Assembly: GCA_965230295.1 (NCBI GenBank)
Contig: OZ246001.1
Location: 1-64,000, forward strand
Length of the DNA: 64,000 nucleotides
From: Marinicella sp.
GTDB taxonomy: Bacteria > Pseudomonadota > Gammaproteobacteria > Xanthomonadales > Marinicellaceae
Direction: 5' to 3'
Each line of letters starts with the position of its first letter. The stretch's first letter is position 1. This document shows, piece by piece, positions 50,525 to 61,209 of this stretch. Both the position numbers and the translations under genes were made by a program. The notes beneath the pieces were generated by a model that saw nothing but the letters and a program-made list of their open reading frames with translations, was not told the origin of the DNA and made no database searches.

Positions 50525-53080
50525 TTAATTATTTTTTAATATTTTTGCACGTTGAGACAGAATCCTTTCAATTTCTTTGGCCGGTACAGGTCTACAATAC
50601 AAATACCCTTGGAAATAATCACAGCCTTTTTGTGACAAATACAACCTTTGCTCTTCAGTTTCCACACCTTCAGCAACAATGTAATGTCCAACACGCTTTG
50701 CCATATCTATGGTTGCATCTAAAATCGCTTCATCGTCTGGACTGAGACCAATGTTTTTGACAAACACCTGGTCAATCTTCAATGTTTTTGCTGGTATTTT
50801 ACGCAAATAGTCTAATGTTGAATGGCCCGTACCAAAATCATCAATTGACAAAGTACAACCCAAGTTAACCAGCTTTTTAAACATCAACAAGGCATCTTTA
50901 ACACTTTTGAATTTCTCGCTCTCGGTTATTTCAAAATCCAAGTGCTTAGAATAAATACCTGATCTGTCAATGATCTGACTGATTTTTTCAGTCAAATTTT
51001 TATCATTCAATTGAACGGGCGATAAGTTCACTGACATGGTCAGTGGCAGGTTATAAGTTCTTTGCCATTTCTTTAATGTTCGGCAGGATTTTTCAATCAC
51101 CAGCAGGCCAATTTGGTGAATCAAATCAGATTGCTCTGCCAAGGGAATGAATAATCCAGGGCTGATGATTCCCAATTCCGGATGTTCCCACCTAACCAAG
51201 GCTTCAAAGCCCATGATGTCTTCGGTGTTGGCGTCTATTTTTGGCTGAAAATATACATCTATCTGACCATTTTCAATCGCCATTTGAAGGTTTTTGACCA
51301 TCTCCTCATTTTGTTTGGCATGGTCACCATCCAAAGTGTCGTCATAAATGGTAAATCGATTCTTACCATTCAATTTTGCATCATACAAAGCGATATCGGC
51401 ATGCTTAATCAACTTGTTTACAGTTTGACCATGTTTAGGAAAGTGAGTGATTCCCAAACTGATGGTTAAATTGATTTCACTGCCATTTCTTAATTTAATG
51501 GGATTGGCGACTGATTTTAAGATTGATTTGGCAATTTGGTTGGTTTTATTTTCATCGACGTCTTTATACAACAGAATTAAAAACTCATCACCCGCATAAC
51601 GGGCAGCTACACCATAGCCATTCACATGTTTTTTCAGGATTTGTGCAATGTTAACCAGCACATCATCACCGACATCATGCCCCAGTGAATCATTGATTAC
51701 TTTGAATCGATCCAGATCCAAAAACATAACAGCCATAAAACTGGGGCTACTTTCAATGGTTTGTTCAATCGCTTTAACAATATAACGCCGGTTCAACAAA
51801 TTTGTTAAAACATCATACTGGCTTTCAGATTCATGAGACTTCTGCAAAACTTTGAACGCCATAGATTGCTTGTAGTGCAATGACAGTTGTTGAAACAACA
51901 GTTTTAAGGTCGACCACTTTTTAGGTTTTTCAACACAACCACACACCAAAACGGCTTCATTGTCTTCATCAACAGAACATTTTGAAACTAAAAAAGCATT
52001 GATTGAATAGAAACTAAGAAAGTCATCGCCCGGAATGTTCTCATAGGCTTTGTCTTCAACAGAATAAGTTCCATTATTTTGAATCTTCCGCATCACAAAA
52101 TCATGGTTACCAGTGATGAACTTTTGGGCAAAATTACTTAAGGAGCAATCCCATATCACATCGTTGAAATAACCAGACCGGTCTTTTCTGACGATGAAAC
52201 AAAAATCAAAATGGGCCCATTTCAACAACTCCTTCATGGAACTTGTTTGTTGTGTATTATCGAAGTCCAAGGTGGTCACCAAGGTCAGGTAGTTGAGAAA
52301 CCTTTGTTGATATACCTGTTCTGTTCGGTCATGCAATTCAGCCAAGTAATAGGAGTCATCACCAATAGATATGTAATTAATGCGCAGTATGATGGCTTTA
52401 TAGCCGCCACCAAAATCAATTTGTAGTTTCTCTTTGATCTGTCCCTTTTCAGTTAAGTCAGATTTCAATTTTTCAATGGTACTGATGTCCTTGGCTTCTA
52501 TCAACTCATACCAAACCTTTCCTTCAAGAACCGTTTCATCAATACCAAAAACTGTTTTGATTGATTCATTGATGTGTTGAATTTTATGGTCTGAAACGCT
52601 GATCAATACTTGTGGTAAACCAGAGGGTTGAAAATAATGGGTTAAGAACACCTCCAGTTCGTCATGTGATTCTGCCTTTTGTTGATTTAGATCAGGTGAG
52701 GAATTTCCCGCCACCTCTCTGGCTGTGAGTTCATGTTGCATCACCGGCGAAAACAACAATTCATTAACATGGGATCGAATTTCATTGTATTGCTTGGCAT
52801 TCAATCCAATCTGGGTTGACACCAAGCCCACCAATTTTATTCCAGGGTATTTGACTTTAAGGTCTAAGATTTGATTGTTACTTTGGATCCAGTTTTTGGA
52901 GATTTCAAAGATCAATACATCAATTTTGTCATCTTTATTACCCAACATTTCATACATCTGATCTATATCAGTTGCTGTATAAATGGTTTCTGCGTCTAAT
53001 TCGTCGAAGTAATTAAAAAATTGTAACCTGTCTTTCTTTTCACCACAGGCTATCAGTATGTTGCAATTAAGGAAGGTCAT
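50525..53080 (-). CDS. REC-like/PAS/GGDEF/EAL c-di-GMP signalling protein
   Basis: Degenerate receiver N-terminus, PAS-like segment, DLDRFK..GHDVGD..RYAGDEF, FEALVRW, DDFGTG; ATG 53080 preferred. Confidence 0.9.
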   Translation of the reverse strand: MTFLNCNILIACGEKKDRLQFFNYFDELDAETIYTATDIDQMYEMLGNKDDKIDVLIFEISKNWIQSNNQILDLKVKYPGIKLVGLVSTQIGLNAKQYNEIRSHVNELLFSPVMQHELTAREVAGNSSPDLNQQKAESHDELEVFLTHYFQPSGLPQVLISVSDHKIQHINESIKTVFGIDETVLEGKVWYELIEAKDISTIEKLKSDLTEKGQIKEKLQIDFGGGYKAIILRINYISIGDDSYYLAELHDRTEQVYQQRFLNYLTLVTTLDFDNTQQTSSMKELLKWAHFDFCFIVRKDRSGYFNDVIWDCSLSNFAQKFITGNHDFVMRKIQNNGTYSVEDKAYENIPGDDFLSFYSINAFLVSKCSVDEDNEAVLVCGCVEKPKKWSTLKLLFQQLSLHYKQSMAFKVLQKSHESESQYDVLTNLLNRRYIVKAIEQTIESSPSFMAVMFLDLDRFKVINDSLGHDVGDDVLVNIAQILKKHVNGYGVAARYAGDEFLILLYKDVDENKTNQIAKSILKSVANPIKLRNGSEINLTISLGITHFPKHGQTVNKLIKHADIALYDAKLNGKNRFTIYDDTLDGDHAKQNEEMVKNLQMAIENGQIDVYFQPKIDANTEDIMGFEALVRWEHPELGIISPGLFIPLAEQSDLIHQIGLLVIEKSCRTLKKWQRTYNLPLTMSVNLSPVQLNDKNLTEKISQIIDRSGIYSKHLDFEITESEKFKSVKDALLMFKKLVNLGCTLSIDDFGTGHSTLDYLRKIPAKTLKIDQVFVKNIGLSPDDEAILDATIDMAKRVGHYIVAEGVETEEQRLYLSQKGCDYFQGYLYCRPVPAKEIERILSQRAKILKNN

Positions 53081-53561
53081 TGGCACTGATCCACTTCCCG
53101 TCCCGCAACACAAAATTACCATCTAAGCCCATATTGAAGTCGATGATCCTGCCGTTATCTTCAAAAAATTTATGTGAACTTCCTTTTGGCAATATGAACA
53201 GGAATTTAACAGCCCCTCCCAACTCGGGTGTGTTTCTTGAGAAATACAATTTGGCTTCTAACCAACTTTCCTTCTCATTGATTGGAAATATAAAGACGGA
53301 AAAATGTTTCCTCTCACTGGCAAATTTAATGGCAGCTTTGAACTCTCTGGTTTTTGGTGGCGGCGGTTCTGAACTTTTTAAGTTCATCAAACCTTGACCA
53401 TCAACCCACAAATAGGTTGCCCATCCAGTTCGCAATGACAAAGATTTTAAACTTTTTGATAAACCTTCAGTTGAATTTTTATGAACATACAAAGCCTGCG
53501 AGGCTGACCTCAACTCATCCTCTAAATTGAGCAACTCATGACTGCTAAGGAACTCACTCAT
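53067..53561 (-). CDS. Conserved hypothetical protein
   Basis: Tightly coupled between pilZ and the GGDEF/EAL gene; TGWATYLWVDGQGL motif. Confidence 0.7.
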   Translation of the reverse strand: MSEFLSSHELLNLEDELRSASQALYVHKNSTEGLSKSLKSLSLRTGWATYLWVDGQGLMNLKSSEPPPPKTREFKAAIKFASERKHFSVFIFPINEKESWLEAKLYFSRNTPELGGAVKFLFILPKGSSHKFFEDNGRIIDFNMGLDGNFVLRDGKWISANDLP

Positions 53562-53562
53562 T

Positions 53563-53919
53563 TCACATGGTTAAGGAAGGAATTTCCTCTCCACTGTATG
53601 GCGCCAGAATGGTGTTGATTTTGGTTTTAACCACTTCCATATCGGCATCATCACTTAACTGTACTCCAATGCCTTGAGAGCGCCCTCCCTGAGAGCCTTT
53701 GGGTGTGATCCAAACAACTTTACCTGTGATGGGCATACGCTCATCCTGGTCCAATGTTAAAATCATAAATACATCGTCACCCACTTTGAAATTCTTTGTG
53801 GTTTTTACGAACAGTCCGCCATTGGTTATGAATGGCATGTAACACTGATGCAACTCTGCTGCACCCTGAATGTTTAATGACAAAATTCCTTTTTTAGCCA
53901 TACCTCCTGCAAATGCCAT
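53563..53919 (-). CDS. pilZ: Type IV pilus assembly protein PilZ
   Basis: ILSLNI..YMPFITNGGLFV..GKVVWITP..GIGVQ; follows holB. Confidence 0.92.
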   Translation of the reverse strand: MAFAGGMAKKGILSLNIQGAAELHQCYMPFITNGGLFVKTTKNFKVGDDVFMILTLDQDERMPITGKVVWITPKGSQGGRSQGIGVQLSDDADMEVVKTKINTILAPYSGEEIPSLTM

Positions 53920-53921
53920 AA

Positions 53922-54899
53922 TTAACTCCCGTAACTTACTTCGTTCTTAATTTCAACCAAAAGAGACTCGAGCAACAATTGAGTCTTGATTTGAGTATTT
54001 AAGTTTAGCATGAATTGTTGGATCAATTCATTAAATTTTATAATAATATGAGTCACTTTCGGGCTTTTCTTAATTATTTGATTTAATGGGTGAGTGGCAA
54101 ACACCTCATGTTGATTTTTGTGGTATTGTGATTTAATCAAGTGTAAACAGTACCGTTGCATCAATGCCCAATCGGCAGGTTCAAGTTCTTCGGTTAATTG
54201 TTTGGCAACTTGTGAAATTGGCGATTGGTTTGTAAATACCTGATGAAAGCCATCTAATTGATTTTTGAAACCTTTCAATTGACCTGATTCAAGCAAGCTT
54301 TTGGCCGTCAGAGGTTGGAAGTCACTGAGTATCAAAGCATCATTGACGACATACTTGTCATGACCGGTTTGTTCTTGTAGCCAAGCTGACAACCTTGACT
54401 TATCCTCCTTATTCAAATGAACATCGAGGGTAATACACCGACTTCTGATGGTAGGCATCAACTGATGTTTGGTGTCAGTCACCAGCAACAACAAGCCACG
54501 ACTGGGTGGTTCTTCCAATACTTTCAACAAAGCGTTGGCTGCGGCCACATTCATGGTCTCGCATCGGTCAATAACAGCAATCTTGTAATCAGAACAATGG
54601 GGGGTTGAGGTAAAAAATTCAGTCAGCTCTCGGATCATCTTTACTTTGATGATGTTTTTTTCTGGTTCCACTTGATCTACATCAGGATGATAGCCTTGTC
54701 TTAACAAGGTACAATTTTGACATTGGCCACAATGCCCATGAAGTTTTTCACGACAGACCATATCAGCCATGATCAAATCCAGTAACAGATGTTTTCCTAT
54801 GCCAGGCACACCGCTGATAATGACGGCTTGGGGCTTGTGGTCAGTGTCAATGGCTGCTTGCCACTGGCTTAAGTGCTTCTCCAACCAATAGTTATTCAT
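53922..54899 (-). CDS. holB: DNA polymerase III subunit delta'
   Basis: CGQCQNC, HPD, AANALLKVLEEP, TIRSRC. Confidence 0.93.
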   Translation of the reverse strand: MNNYWLEKHLSQWQAAIDTDHKPQAVIISGVPGIGKHLLLDLIMADMVCREKLHGHCGQCQNCTLLRQGYHPDVDQVEPEKNIIKVKMIRELTEFFTSTPHCSDYKIAVIDRCETMNVAAANALLKVLEEPPSRGLLLLVTDTKHQLMPTIRSRCITLDVHLNKEDKSRLSAWLQEQTGHDKYVVNDALILSDFQPLTAKSLLESGQLKGFKNQLDGFHQVFTNQSPISQVAKQLTEELEPADWALMQRYCLHLIKSQYHKNQHEVFATHPLNQIIKKSPKVTHIIIKFNELIQQFMLNLNTQIKTQLLLESLLVEIKNEVSYGS

Positions 54900-55528
54900 A
54901 CAGACAATCCGGCTTTGAAAGCTTGCATGGTTGCCTTGATGGCGTGACCCACTTCATCAATGGATTGATTGGCATCAATGAGCTTAATGCGATTGGGCTC
55001 CAGATCTGCACGTTTTAAGTAACCTTTGCGAATGTTTTCAAAAAACATTAAATCCTCTTTTTCTATGCGATCTTTAGCAGACCTTTGAGCGGCACGTGAT
55101 AAGCCCACTTCAGGAACCACATCTAACATGAGCGTCAAATCTGGTTTGGTGTCTTGTACAACGAATTTTTCAAGAAACTCAATGGTTGACCATTCTATGC
55201 CGCGGCCAAAACCCTGGTAAGCATAACTGGCATCAACAAAGCGATCAGAAATGACCCACTGCCCGCTGGCCAAAGCAGGCCTGATGACTTTTTCCACATG
55301 CTCGTTGCGAGCAGCAAACATCAACAACAACTCGGTTTTTGCTGCCAAATGATCGCTGTGTAATAACAACGATCTGATTTTTTCTGCATTGGCTTCACCG
55401 CCAGGTTCCCTGGTGTGTATGAAAGGTACGTTCCAATCCTTTAATTGTGCAGTCATGACCTCAATCGCAGAAGACTTGCCAGCGCCTTCAGAGCCCTCAA
55501 GGCTGATGAATTGAGCTTGTTGCATCAC
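54896..55528 (-). CDS. tmk: dTMP kinase
   Basis: EGSEGAGKSS, TREPGG, DRFVDASYAYQG. Confidence 0.96.
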   Translation of the reverse strand: MMQQAQFISLEGSEGAGKSSAIEVMTAQLKDWNVPFIHTREPGGEANAEKIRSLLLHSDHLAAKTELLLMFAARNEHVEKVIRPALASGQWVISDRFVDASYAYQGFGRGIEWSTIEFLEKFVVQDTKPDLTLMLDVVPEVGLSRAAQRSAKDRIEKEDLMFFENIRKGYLKRADLEPNRIKLIDANQSIDEVGHAIKATMQAFKAGLSV

Positions 55529-56526
55529 TCTCCTCGCAAATAAGCTTCAACAGCTTTTTGGTGCTGCTCATAGGTTTCACTGAAGGTGTGGCCTCCCTTG
55601 TTATTGGCCACAAAGTATAACTCTTTACCCTGGTTTGGATGCGCAGCCGCTTCAATGGATGCACCGCTGGCCATGGCGATAGGTGTTGGAGGCAAACCTA
55701 TTCTTGTGTATGTGTTGTATGGTGTATCAGTTCTTAAATGAGCTGAAGTGATGTCACCTGCATAAGCTGAGCCAATGCCGTAAATGACGGTAGGGTCTGT
55801 TTGTAGTTTCATGCCTTTTTGCAGCCGACGGTGGAACACTCCGGAAATGGTGTTTCGTTCACTGTGTTGTGCGGTTTCTTTTTCAATGATTGAAGCCAAA
55901 ATCAACAGCTCATAAGGAGACTTTAAGGTGATGCTCGTATCGCGGTTTTCCCAGGCTGTCATCAATACATCATTGAGCGCATGGTGAGCCCTTTTGAGCA
56001 CATCAATATCGACATCCGTTTTGATGTATTGATATGTTTCCGGTAAAAACTGGCCTTCCAGGTTACCGGTTTTGATGTTCAGCATTCTTTTTAAATCTGT
56101 GTCTTTGGCATCAACCAATTCATGCTTCAAAGGACTGCTCAAAAATGCTTTTTTGACCTGCTCCCATTGGTGTCCTTCAATGATGGTGATACTGTATGTT
56201 TTTACTTTATTTTCATCAATATAGGTGACCAGCTCTCTGGGTGTCATGGGGTCAATAATTTCGAACTCACCGGTCTTGATGGAATTTTCCAACTCATTGA
56301 ATCGGGCCATTATTTTCCAGTTCAGCTCACTGCCTTTACCACCTTTGTCATGCAGCATCTTAATGAAATCGGCAAAAGTCGTGCCCTTTTCAATGTCCAG
56401 GACGACCGGAAGCTGTCTGAACACAGGCTCAATCAAAAACTGTCGGTATTGTTGATAAACATAGGCGCCTGCGCCCGTTACCAAGACAATCAGTATGAAC
56501 AGCGTTGAAAGAATTATTTTTTTCAT
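55525..56526 (-). CDS. mltG: Endolytic transglycosylase MltG
   Basis: ASIIEKET, LQTDPTVIY, YNTY..GLPPTPI. Confidence 0.95.
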   Translation of the reverse strand: MKKIILSTLFILIVLVTGAGAYVYQQYRQFLIEPVFRQLPVVLDIEKGTTFADFIKMLHDKGGKGSELNWKIMARFNELENSIKTGEFEIIDPMTPRELVTYIDENKVKTYSITIIEGHQWEQVKKAFLSSPLKHELVDAKDTDLKRMLNIKTGNLEGQFLPETYQYIKTDVDIDVLKRAHHALNDVLMTAWENRDTSITLKSPYELLILASIIEKETAQHSERNTISGVFHRRLQKGMKLQTDPTVIYGIGSAYAGDITSAHLRTDTPYNTYTRIGLPPTPIAMASGASIEAAAHPNQGKELYFVANNKGGHTFSETYEQHQKAVEAYLRGE

Positions 56527-57350
56527 GAATTAAATTGTGCTTCCCATTGTTTGCTTATTTTATCTTGAATAGGTAATGATTTGCCAAATGAAATGACATC
56601 TTTTAGCGGTTTTCCATCAACCAAAGAAACAGGGCGAAATCCTCTGATCGAGTTACAAAGCATCAACCCATCAAAGGCTGTTATTTCATTGATCCTGATC
56701 ACCTTCTTTTTCACTTTGTATTTAGATTTCAACCACTTAAGCGCAACTCCTTTGACTCCACATTGATTCAGTTTGGGCGTCACTAATGCATCACCTTTAA
56801 CAAAAATCACGTTTTGATAAGTGGTCTCAATGACATGTCTTTTGGTATTCAAAACCAACAAATCATCAACCCCATCATGTTTTTTCAACTCGGCAGCAAG
56901 CATCACTTGCTCTAAACGGCTCAGGTGTTTCAAACCAGCGAGCATGGGCTGGATGGACAACGTATGCTTTGCCACCGCTAATCTAAGCGAATCCTGGTTA
57001 TTCAACTCGTTTAAGGCGCTCACTGTAACAAACCATTCAGAGCTTCTGGTTGCTGGACAATACCCGCGTTTTTGAGCTGCCCTGAAAACAACCAGCTTTA
57101 TCACACAAGATGAAGACTTTTCCGGCGGGCAGTTTAATTTGATCTTGCTCAACAGTTCAACTGGGTCAATCGGAGATAAGTCCAGTTTTTCAAGCCCGCG
57201 CCTTAATCGATCCATGTGTAAGTGATAAAGCGGTATTTCGCCCAAATGCATGCGCATGGTTTCAAACAGGCCATCACCATATTGGAGCCCCCTGTTGTTC
57301 AGCATGGCCTGATCATTGAGTTTAAAGGATGCCGCTATGATCATGTTCAA
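56523..57350 (-). CDS. pabC: Aminodeoxychorismate lyase
   Basis: RGLQYGDGLFETM, GLKHLSRLEQV, CNSIRG. Confidence 0.9.
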   Translation of the reverse strand: MNMIIAASFKLNDQAMLNNRGLQYGDGLFETMRMHLGEIPLYHLHMDRLRRGLEKLDLSPIDPVELLSKIKLNCPPEKSSSCVIKLVVFRAAQKRGYCPATRSSEWFVTVSALNELNNQDSLRLAVAKHTLSIQPMLAGLKHLSRLEQVMLAAELKKHDGVDDLLVLNTKRHVIETTYQNVIFVKGDALVTPKLNQCGVKGVALKWLKSKYKVKKKVIRINEITAFDGLMLCNSIRGFRPVSLVDGKPLKDVISFGKSLPIQDKISKQWEAQFNS

Positions 57351-58672
57351 CCTTGATTGGCTTGTAGAATGTTATCATTCAATTCTAAAGCATTGATCAT
57401 GCCTTTGGCTTTGTGCCTCGTCTCTTGGAGTTCTGCATTGGGGTCTGAATCAAAAACTATACCAGCCCCGGCATTGAACTTAATGACTTCATCATGCACA
57501 CCAACTGTTCTGATCAAAATATTCAGATCAACCTGTCCATCGTGGTTGATGTAACCCAAACTTCCTGTATAACAGCCTCGATCTCTTTGCTCTATTTCAT
57601 GAATCACTTCCATACACCTTATTTTAGGACACCCTGTTATGGTGCCACCAGGAAACAAGGCCTTAATGGCATCAACAACGGTCACATCCGACCTCAACTG
57701 ACCTTTGATATTCGATACTATGTGATGGACATGTTCATAACTTTCCACAACCATCAACTCATCAACATCCACACTGCCAGTAAGACAAACTTTTCCAATG
57801 TCGTTGCGTTCCAAATCTATCAACATGATATGCTCTGCACGTTCTTTCGGGGTATCAAGCAATTCATTGATCAAATCCGCATCGGCTGTCTCTGTTTGGC
57901 CCCTTGGTCTGGTGCCCGCAATCGGCCGGGTTTCAATGATGTTATTACTGATGCTGAACAGTCGCTCTGGTGAGGAACTCACCACTGCAAAGCCTTGCAC
58001 TTGTAACAAAGCAGCAAAAGGCGCAGGGTTTGACTTTCTGAGTCGGGTGAATAAAGCAGCTGGAGTGATGGTCGGATTGTTTTCACAGGTGTATTGCCTG
58101 GATAAATTTGCTTGGTAAATATCACCTGATTTGATTAAGTCTTTGGCATGTTGAACAGCCCGTTTGAAGTGAATGCCATCCTCTTGTTTGATGTGGGGTA
58201 ATTCAATCGGATCATCGCCACTTTTGCATTTCTTATCCAAATACATTTGGATGCCATCAGCCGTGGATTCTGACTGGGCCCATAAAGTGGTTATGTTGCT
58301 GAGGTGGTCATGAACAACAGCACCTTGACAATAAATGGCGATGGCCAATGGTTCTTTGGTTTCTGTGATCAAGTGAGCCAGTTTGGGTTCCATAAAATAG
58401 GCAGACTCATATGAAAAATATACCAACCAACCATACTGAAAAGCTGTGTGAGATGACTGAACATTCGGCTGGATATCTATGGTTTTTAACAGCTCATGTA
58501 ACTGTTGTTGGTCAAAAGCAACCAGTTGGACACTGGGAGCCGCCATCAAAATATCATATCGGCCAATTTTTTTGTTTACAGATTGACTTTCTAATAAAGC
58601 AGGAAAAAAGCCTGATTGATTTGCCGCCAGGGCCAATAAATCAGGCTTATCAATTAATTTTCTTTCAATCAA
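57347..58672 (-). CDS. pabB: Aminodeoxychorismate synthase component I (chorismate-binding family)
   Basis: SSSPERL, RPIAGT, KERAEHIMLIDLERND, PGGTITGCPK; coupled to pabC. Confidence 0.8.
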   Translation of the reverse strand: MIERKLIDKPDLLALAANQSGFFPALLESQSVNKKIGRYDILMAAPSVQLVAFDQQQLHELLKTIDIQPNVQSSHTAFQYGWLVYFSYESAYFMEPKLAHLITETKEPLAIAIYCQGAVVHDHLSNITTLWAQSESTADGIQMYLDKKCKSGDDPIELPHIKQEDGIHFKRAVQHAKDLIKSGDIYQANLSRQYTCENNPTITPAALFTRLRKSNPAPFAALLQVQGFAVVSSSPERLFSISNNIIETRPIAGTRPRGQTETADADLINELLDTPKERAEHIMLIDLERNDIGKVCLTGSVDVDELMVVESYEHVHHIVSNIKGQLRSDVTVVDAIKALFPGGTITGCPKIRCMEVIHEIEQRDRGCYTGSLGYINHDGQVDLNILIRTVGVHDEVIKFNAGAGIVFDSDPNAELQETRHKAKGMINALELNDNILQANQG

Positions 58673-58694
58673 TGTGGTTCACTGAGCTGTTTTC

Positions 58695-59936
58695 TTATTT
58701 AATAGAATTAAAGACCAAAGATCCATTGGTACCACCAAATCCAAATGAATTACTGATGACCACATCCACCTTCGCATCTCTGGCTGTGTTGGGCACATAA
58801 TCCAGATCACACGCCGGATCTGGATTGGTTAAATTAATGGTGGGAGGCAAAACTTGATCAGCCACAGCCATCACACTGAATATGGCTTCAATACCTCCAG
58901 CTGCTCCCAACAAATGCCCCGTCATGGACTTGGTTGAAGAAACAGCCAAGTCTTGAGCATGGGTGCCAAAAGCCACTTTAACCGCATCACTTTCGCCTAT
59001 ATCACCTTGTGGTGTAGAGGTACCATGTGCATTCACATAATTAAACTGATCCACACTGAATCCAGAATCCTTAATGGCATTAACCATACACCTGGCAGCA
59101 CCTTCTCCACCTGGAGATGGAGCTGTCATGTGATGGGCATCTGAACTCATACCAAAACCAGACAACTCAGCATAAATCTTGGCACCACGCTTTACAGCAT
59201 GTTCATACTCTTCTATGACCAATACGCCCGCACCATCACCTAAAACAAAGCCATCACGCTCTAAATCCCATGGTCTGGAGGCAGCCGTTGGGTCATCGTT
59301 GCGGGTCGACAAGGCTTTGGATTGCGAAAAACCGCCTATGGCAATGGGTGTTGATGCATACTCTGCACCACCACATACCATCACATCGGCATCGCCATAA
59401 ACAATAGAGCGGTAGGCCATGCCAATGCTGTGTGTGGCAGAACTACAAGCAGACACCATGGCTAAATTGGGGCCTTTTAACCCATATTTAATACTCAAAT
59501 GACCTGAAGCCATGTTAATAATGGTACTTGGAATAAAGAAGGGGGAGATTCTTTTTGGCCCCTTGGTCAACCAGGTTTCAGTGGTGTTTTGAATGCCCAA
59601 TATACCGCCAATACCTGCCCCAACATAAACCCCTATACGTTCAGCGTTGGCTTCTGTGACTTCCAAACCAGAATCTGAAATGGCATCTTGCCCGGCTGCC
59701 ATGGCATAGTGGATGAAAGGATCCATCTTTTTAGCATCCTTGGCAGAAATGTAGTCTTTGACGTTAAAATCTTTGATTTCACCAGCAATCTTAGCCGTAA
59801 AATCTGTGGTGTCAAAATGCGTGATTGGCGCAATGCCGCTCACACCATTGATGATGTTTTCCCATGCTAATTTCAGTGTATTACCGACTGGTGAGACAAT
59901 ACCCATGCCCGTAACCACTACTCTGCGTTTTGTCAT
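58695..59936 (-). CDS. fabF: Beta-ketoacyl-ACP synthase II
   Basis: [28 protein letters not shown]. Confidence 0.96.
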   Translation of the reverse strand: MTKRRVVVTGMGIVSPVGNTLKLAWENIINGVSGIAPITHFDTTDFTAKIAGEIKDFNVKDYISAKDAKKMDPFIHYAMAAGQDAISDSGLEVTEANAERIGVYVGAGIGGILGIQNTTETWLTKGPKRISPFFIPSTIINMASGHLSIKYGLKGPNLAMVSACSSATHSIGMAYRSIVYGDADVMVCGGAEYASTPIAIGGFSQSKALSTRNDDPTAASRPWDLERDGFVLGDGAGVLVIEEYEHAVKRGAKIYAELSGFGMSSDAHHMTAPSPGGEGAARCMVNAIKDSGFSVDQFNYVNAHGTSTPQGDIGESDAVKVAFGTHAQDLAVSSTKSMTGHLLGAAGGIEAIFSVMAVADQVLPPTINLTNPDPACDLDYVPNTARDAKVDVVISNSFGFGGTNGSLVFNSIK

Positions 59937-60024
59937 AATTTGTCCCCGTTTAAACGAACAGCCTTAAATATAATCAACTACATTCTGGGCCGCTCGAGGC
60001 TTCAAATCGAAGCCATATAAACTC

Positions 60025-60053
60025 GAAAAGCCACGATTAAATCGCAGCTTTTC
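60025..60053 (-). terminator. Hairpin downstream of acpP
   Basis: GAAAAGCTGCGAT-TTA-ATCGTGGCTTTTC on the minus strand. Confidence 0.6.
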
Positions 60054-60077
60054 AATCAATTCATTCAGCAAAAATGA

Positions 60078-60317
60078 TCAGGCGTTTTCAGTCACGTAAT
60101 CAATGGCTTGTTGAACTGTGGTGATTTTTTCAGCGTCTTCTTCAGGAATTTCACACTCAAACTCCTCTTCCAAAGCCATAACCAATTCAACAGTATCCAA
60201 TGAATCAGCACCCAAATCATCCACAAAAGAAGCTGAATTACTTAATTCCGAAACTTCTACATCTAAATCCAATTGTTCAACAACAATCTCTTTAACTTTA
60301 TTTTCTACGTCACTCAT
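60078..60317 (-). CDS. acpP: Acyl carrier protein
   Basis: [20 protein letters not shown]. Confidence 0.97.
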   Translation of the reverse strand: MSDVENKVKEIVVEQLDLDVEVSELSNSASFVDDLGADSLDTVELVMALEEEFECEIPEEDAEKITTVQQAIDYVTENA

Positions 60318-60459
60318 TTAGTGTTTACCTATGTAAAAAAGCATATTGTATGCAAGGTTTATAAAATATTCCACCCTTATATTAAGGTGGCCTACTGAAT
60401 ATCAAGTCAATGAAGGCAATTTGTATCAAACGTCTGTTTGAGACAAATTTATTTCATTA

Positions 60460-61209
60460 TTATGACATATACATGCCACCATTGACATGCAAAGTTTCTC
60501 CAGTGATATAGGCTCCTGAATCCGCAGCCAAGAACAACACCGCATTGGCTATGTCTTGGGTCGTCCCCAAGCGGTTCAATGGCACTTGATCCATCAAACT
60601 GTTTTTCTGGCTCTCATCTAAGTCATCTGTCATGTCTGTTTGGATGTAACCAGGCGCCACTACATTAACTGTAATACCGCGAGAACCGACTTCCCTGGCC
60701 AAAGATTTGGAAAAACCAATCATCCCGGCTTTGGCCGCTGCATAATTACTTTGACCAGGATTTCCCATATCCCCAATCACAGAGCCGATGTTGATGATGC
60801 GGCCGGTTTTGGCTTTCATCATGCCACGGATACAGGCTTTGCTCATTTTATAAATGGATGACAAATTGGTGTTGATGACCTGATCCCAATCATCAGCACC
60901 CATGCGCATCAAAAGCTTGTCATTGGTGATTCCTGCATTGTTCACCAATACTGTTGGTAAGCCTACAGAGATTTTCAAGTCAGCCAACAAGGCATCGATG
61001 CTGTCTTGTTCTGCCACGTTCAACACTGCCCCCTTGCCGCCAAACTGGGATAAATAAGCACTGATGGATTCGGCCCCTTTTTCTGAAGTGGCTGTGCCAA
61101 CCACCAAAGCACCTGCGTTGGCCAAAGTTTCCGCGATCGCACGGCCTATACCCCTACTGGCTCCAGTAACTAATACCACTGTACCTTTTAAATTAAAAAT
61201 TTCACTCAT
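60460..61209 (-). CDS. fabG: 3-oxoacyl-ACP reductase
   Basis: TGASRGIG, NNAG, YAAAK. Confidence 0.96.
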   Translation of the reverse strand: MSEIFNLKGTVVLVTGASRGIGRAIAETLANAGALVVGTATSEKGAESISAYLSQFGGKGAVLNVAEQDSIDALLADLKISVGLPTVLVNNAGITNDKLLMRMGADDWDQVINTNLSSIYKMSKACIRGMMKAKTGRIINIGSVIGDMGNPGQSNYAAAKAGMIGFSKSLAREVGSRGITVNVVAPGYIQTDMTDDLDESQKNSLMDQVPLNRLGTTQDIANAVLFLAADSGAYITGETLHVNGGMYMS

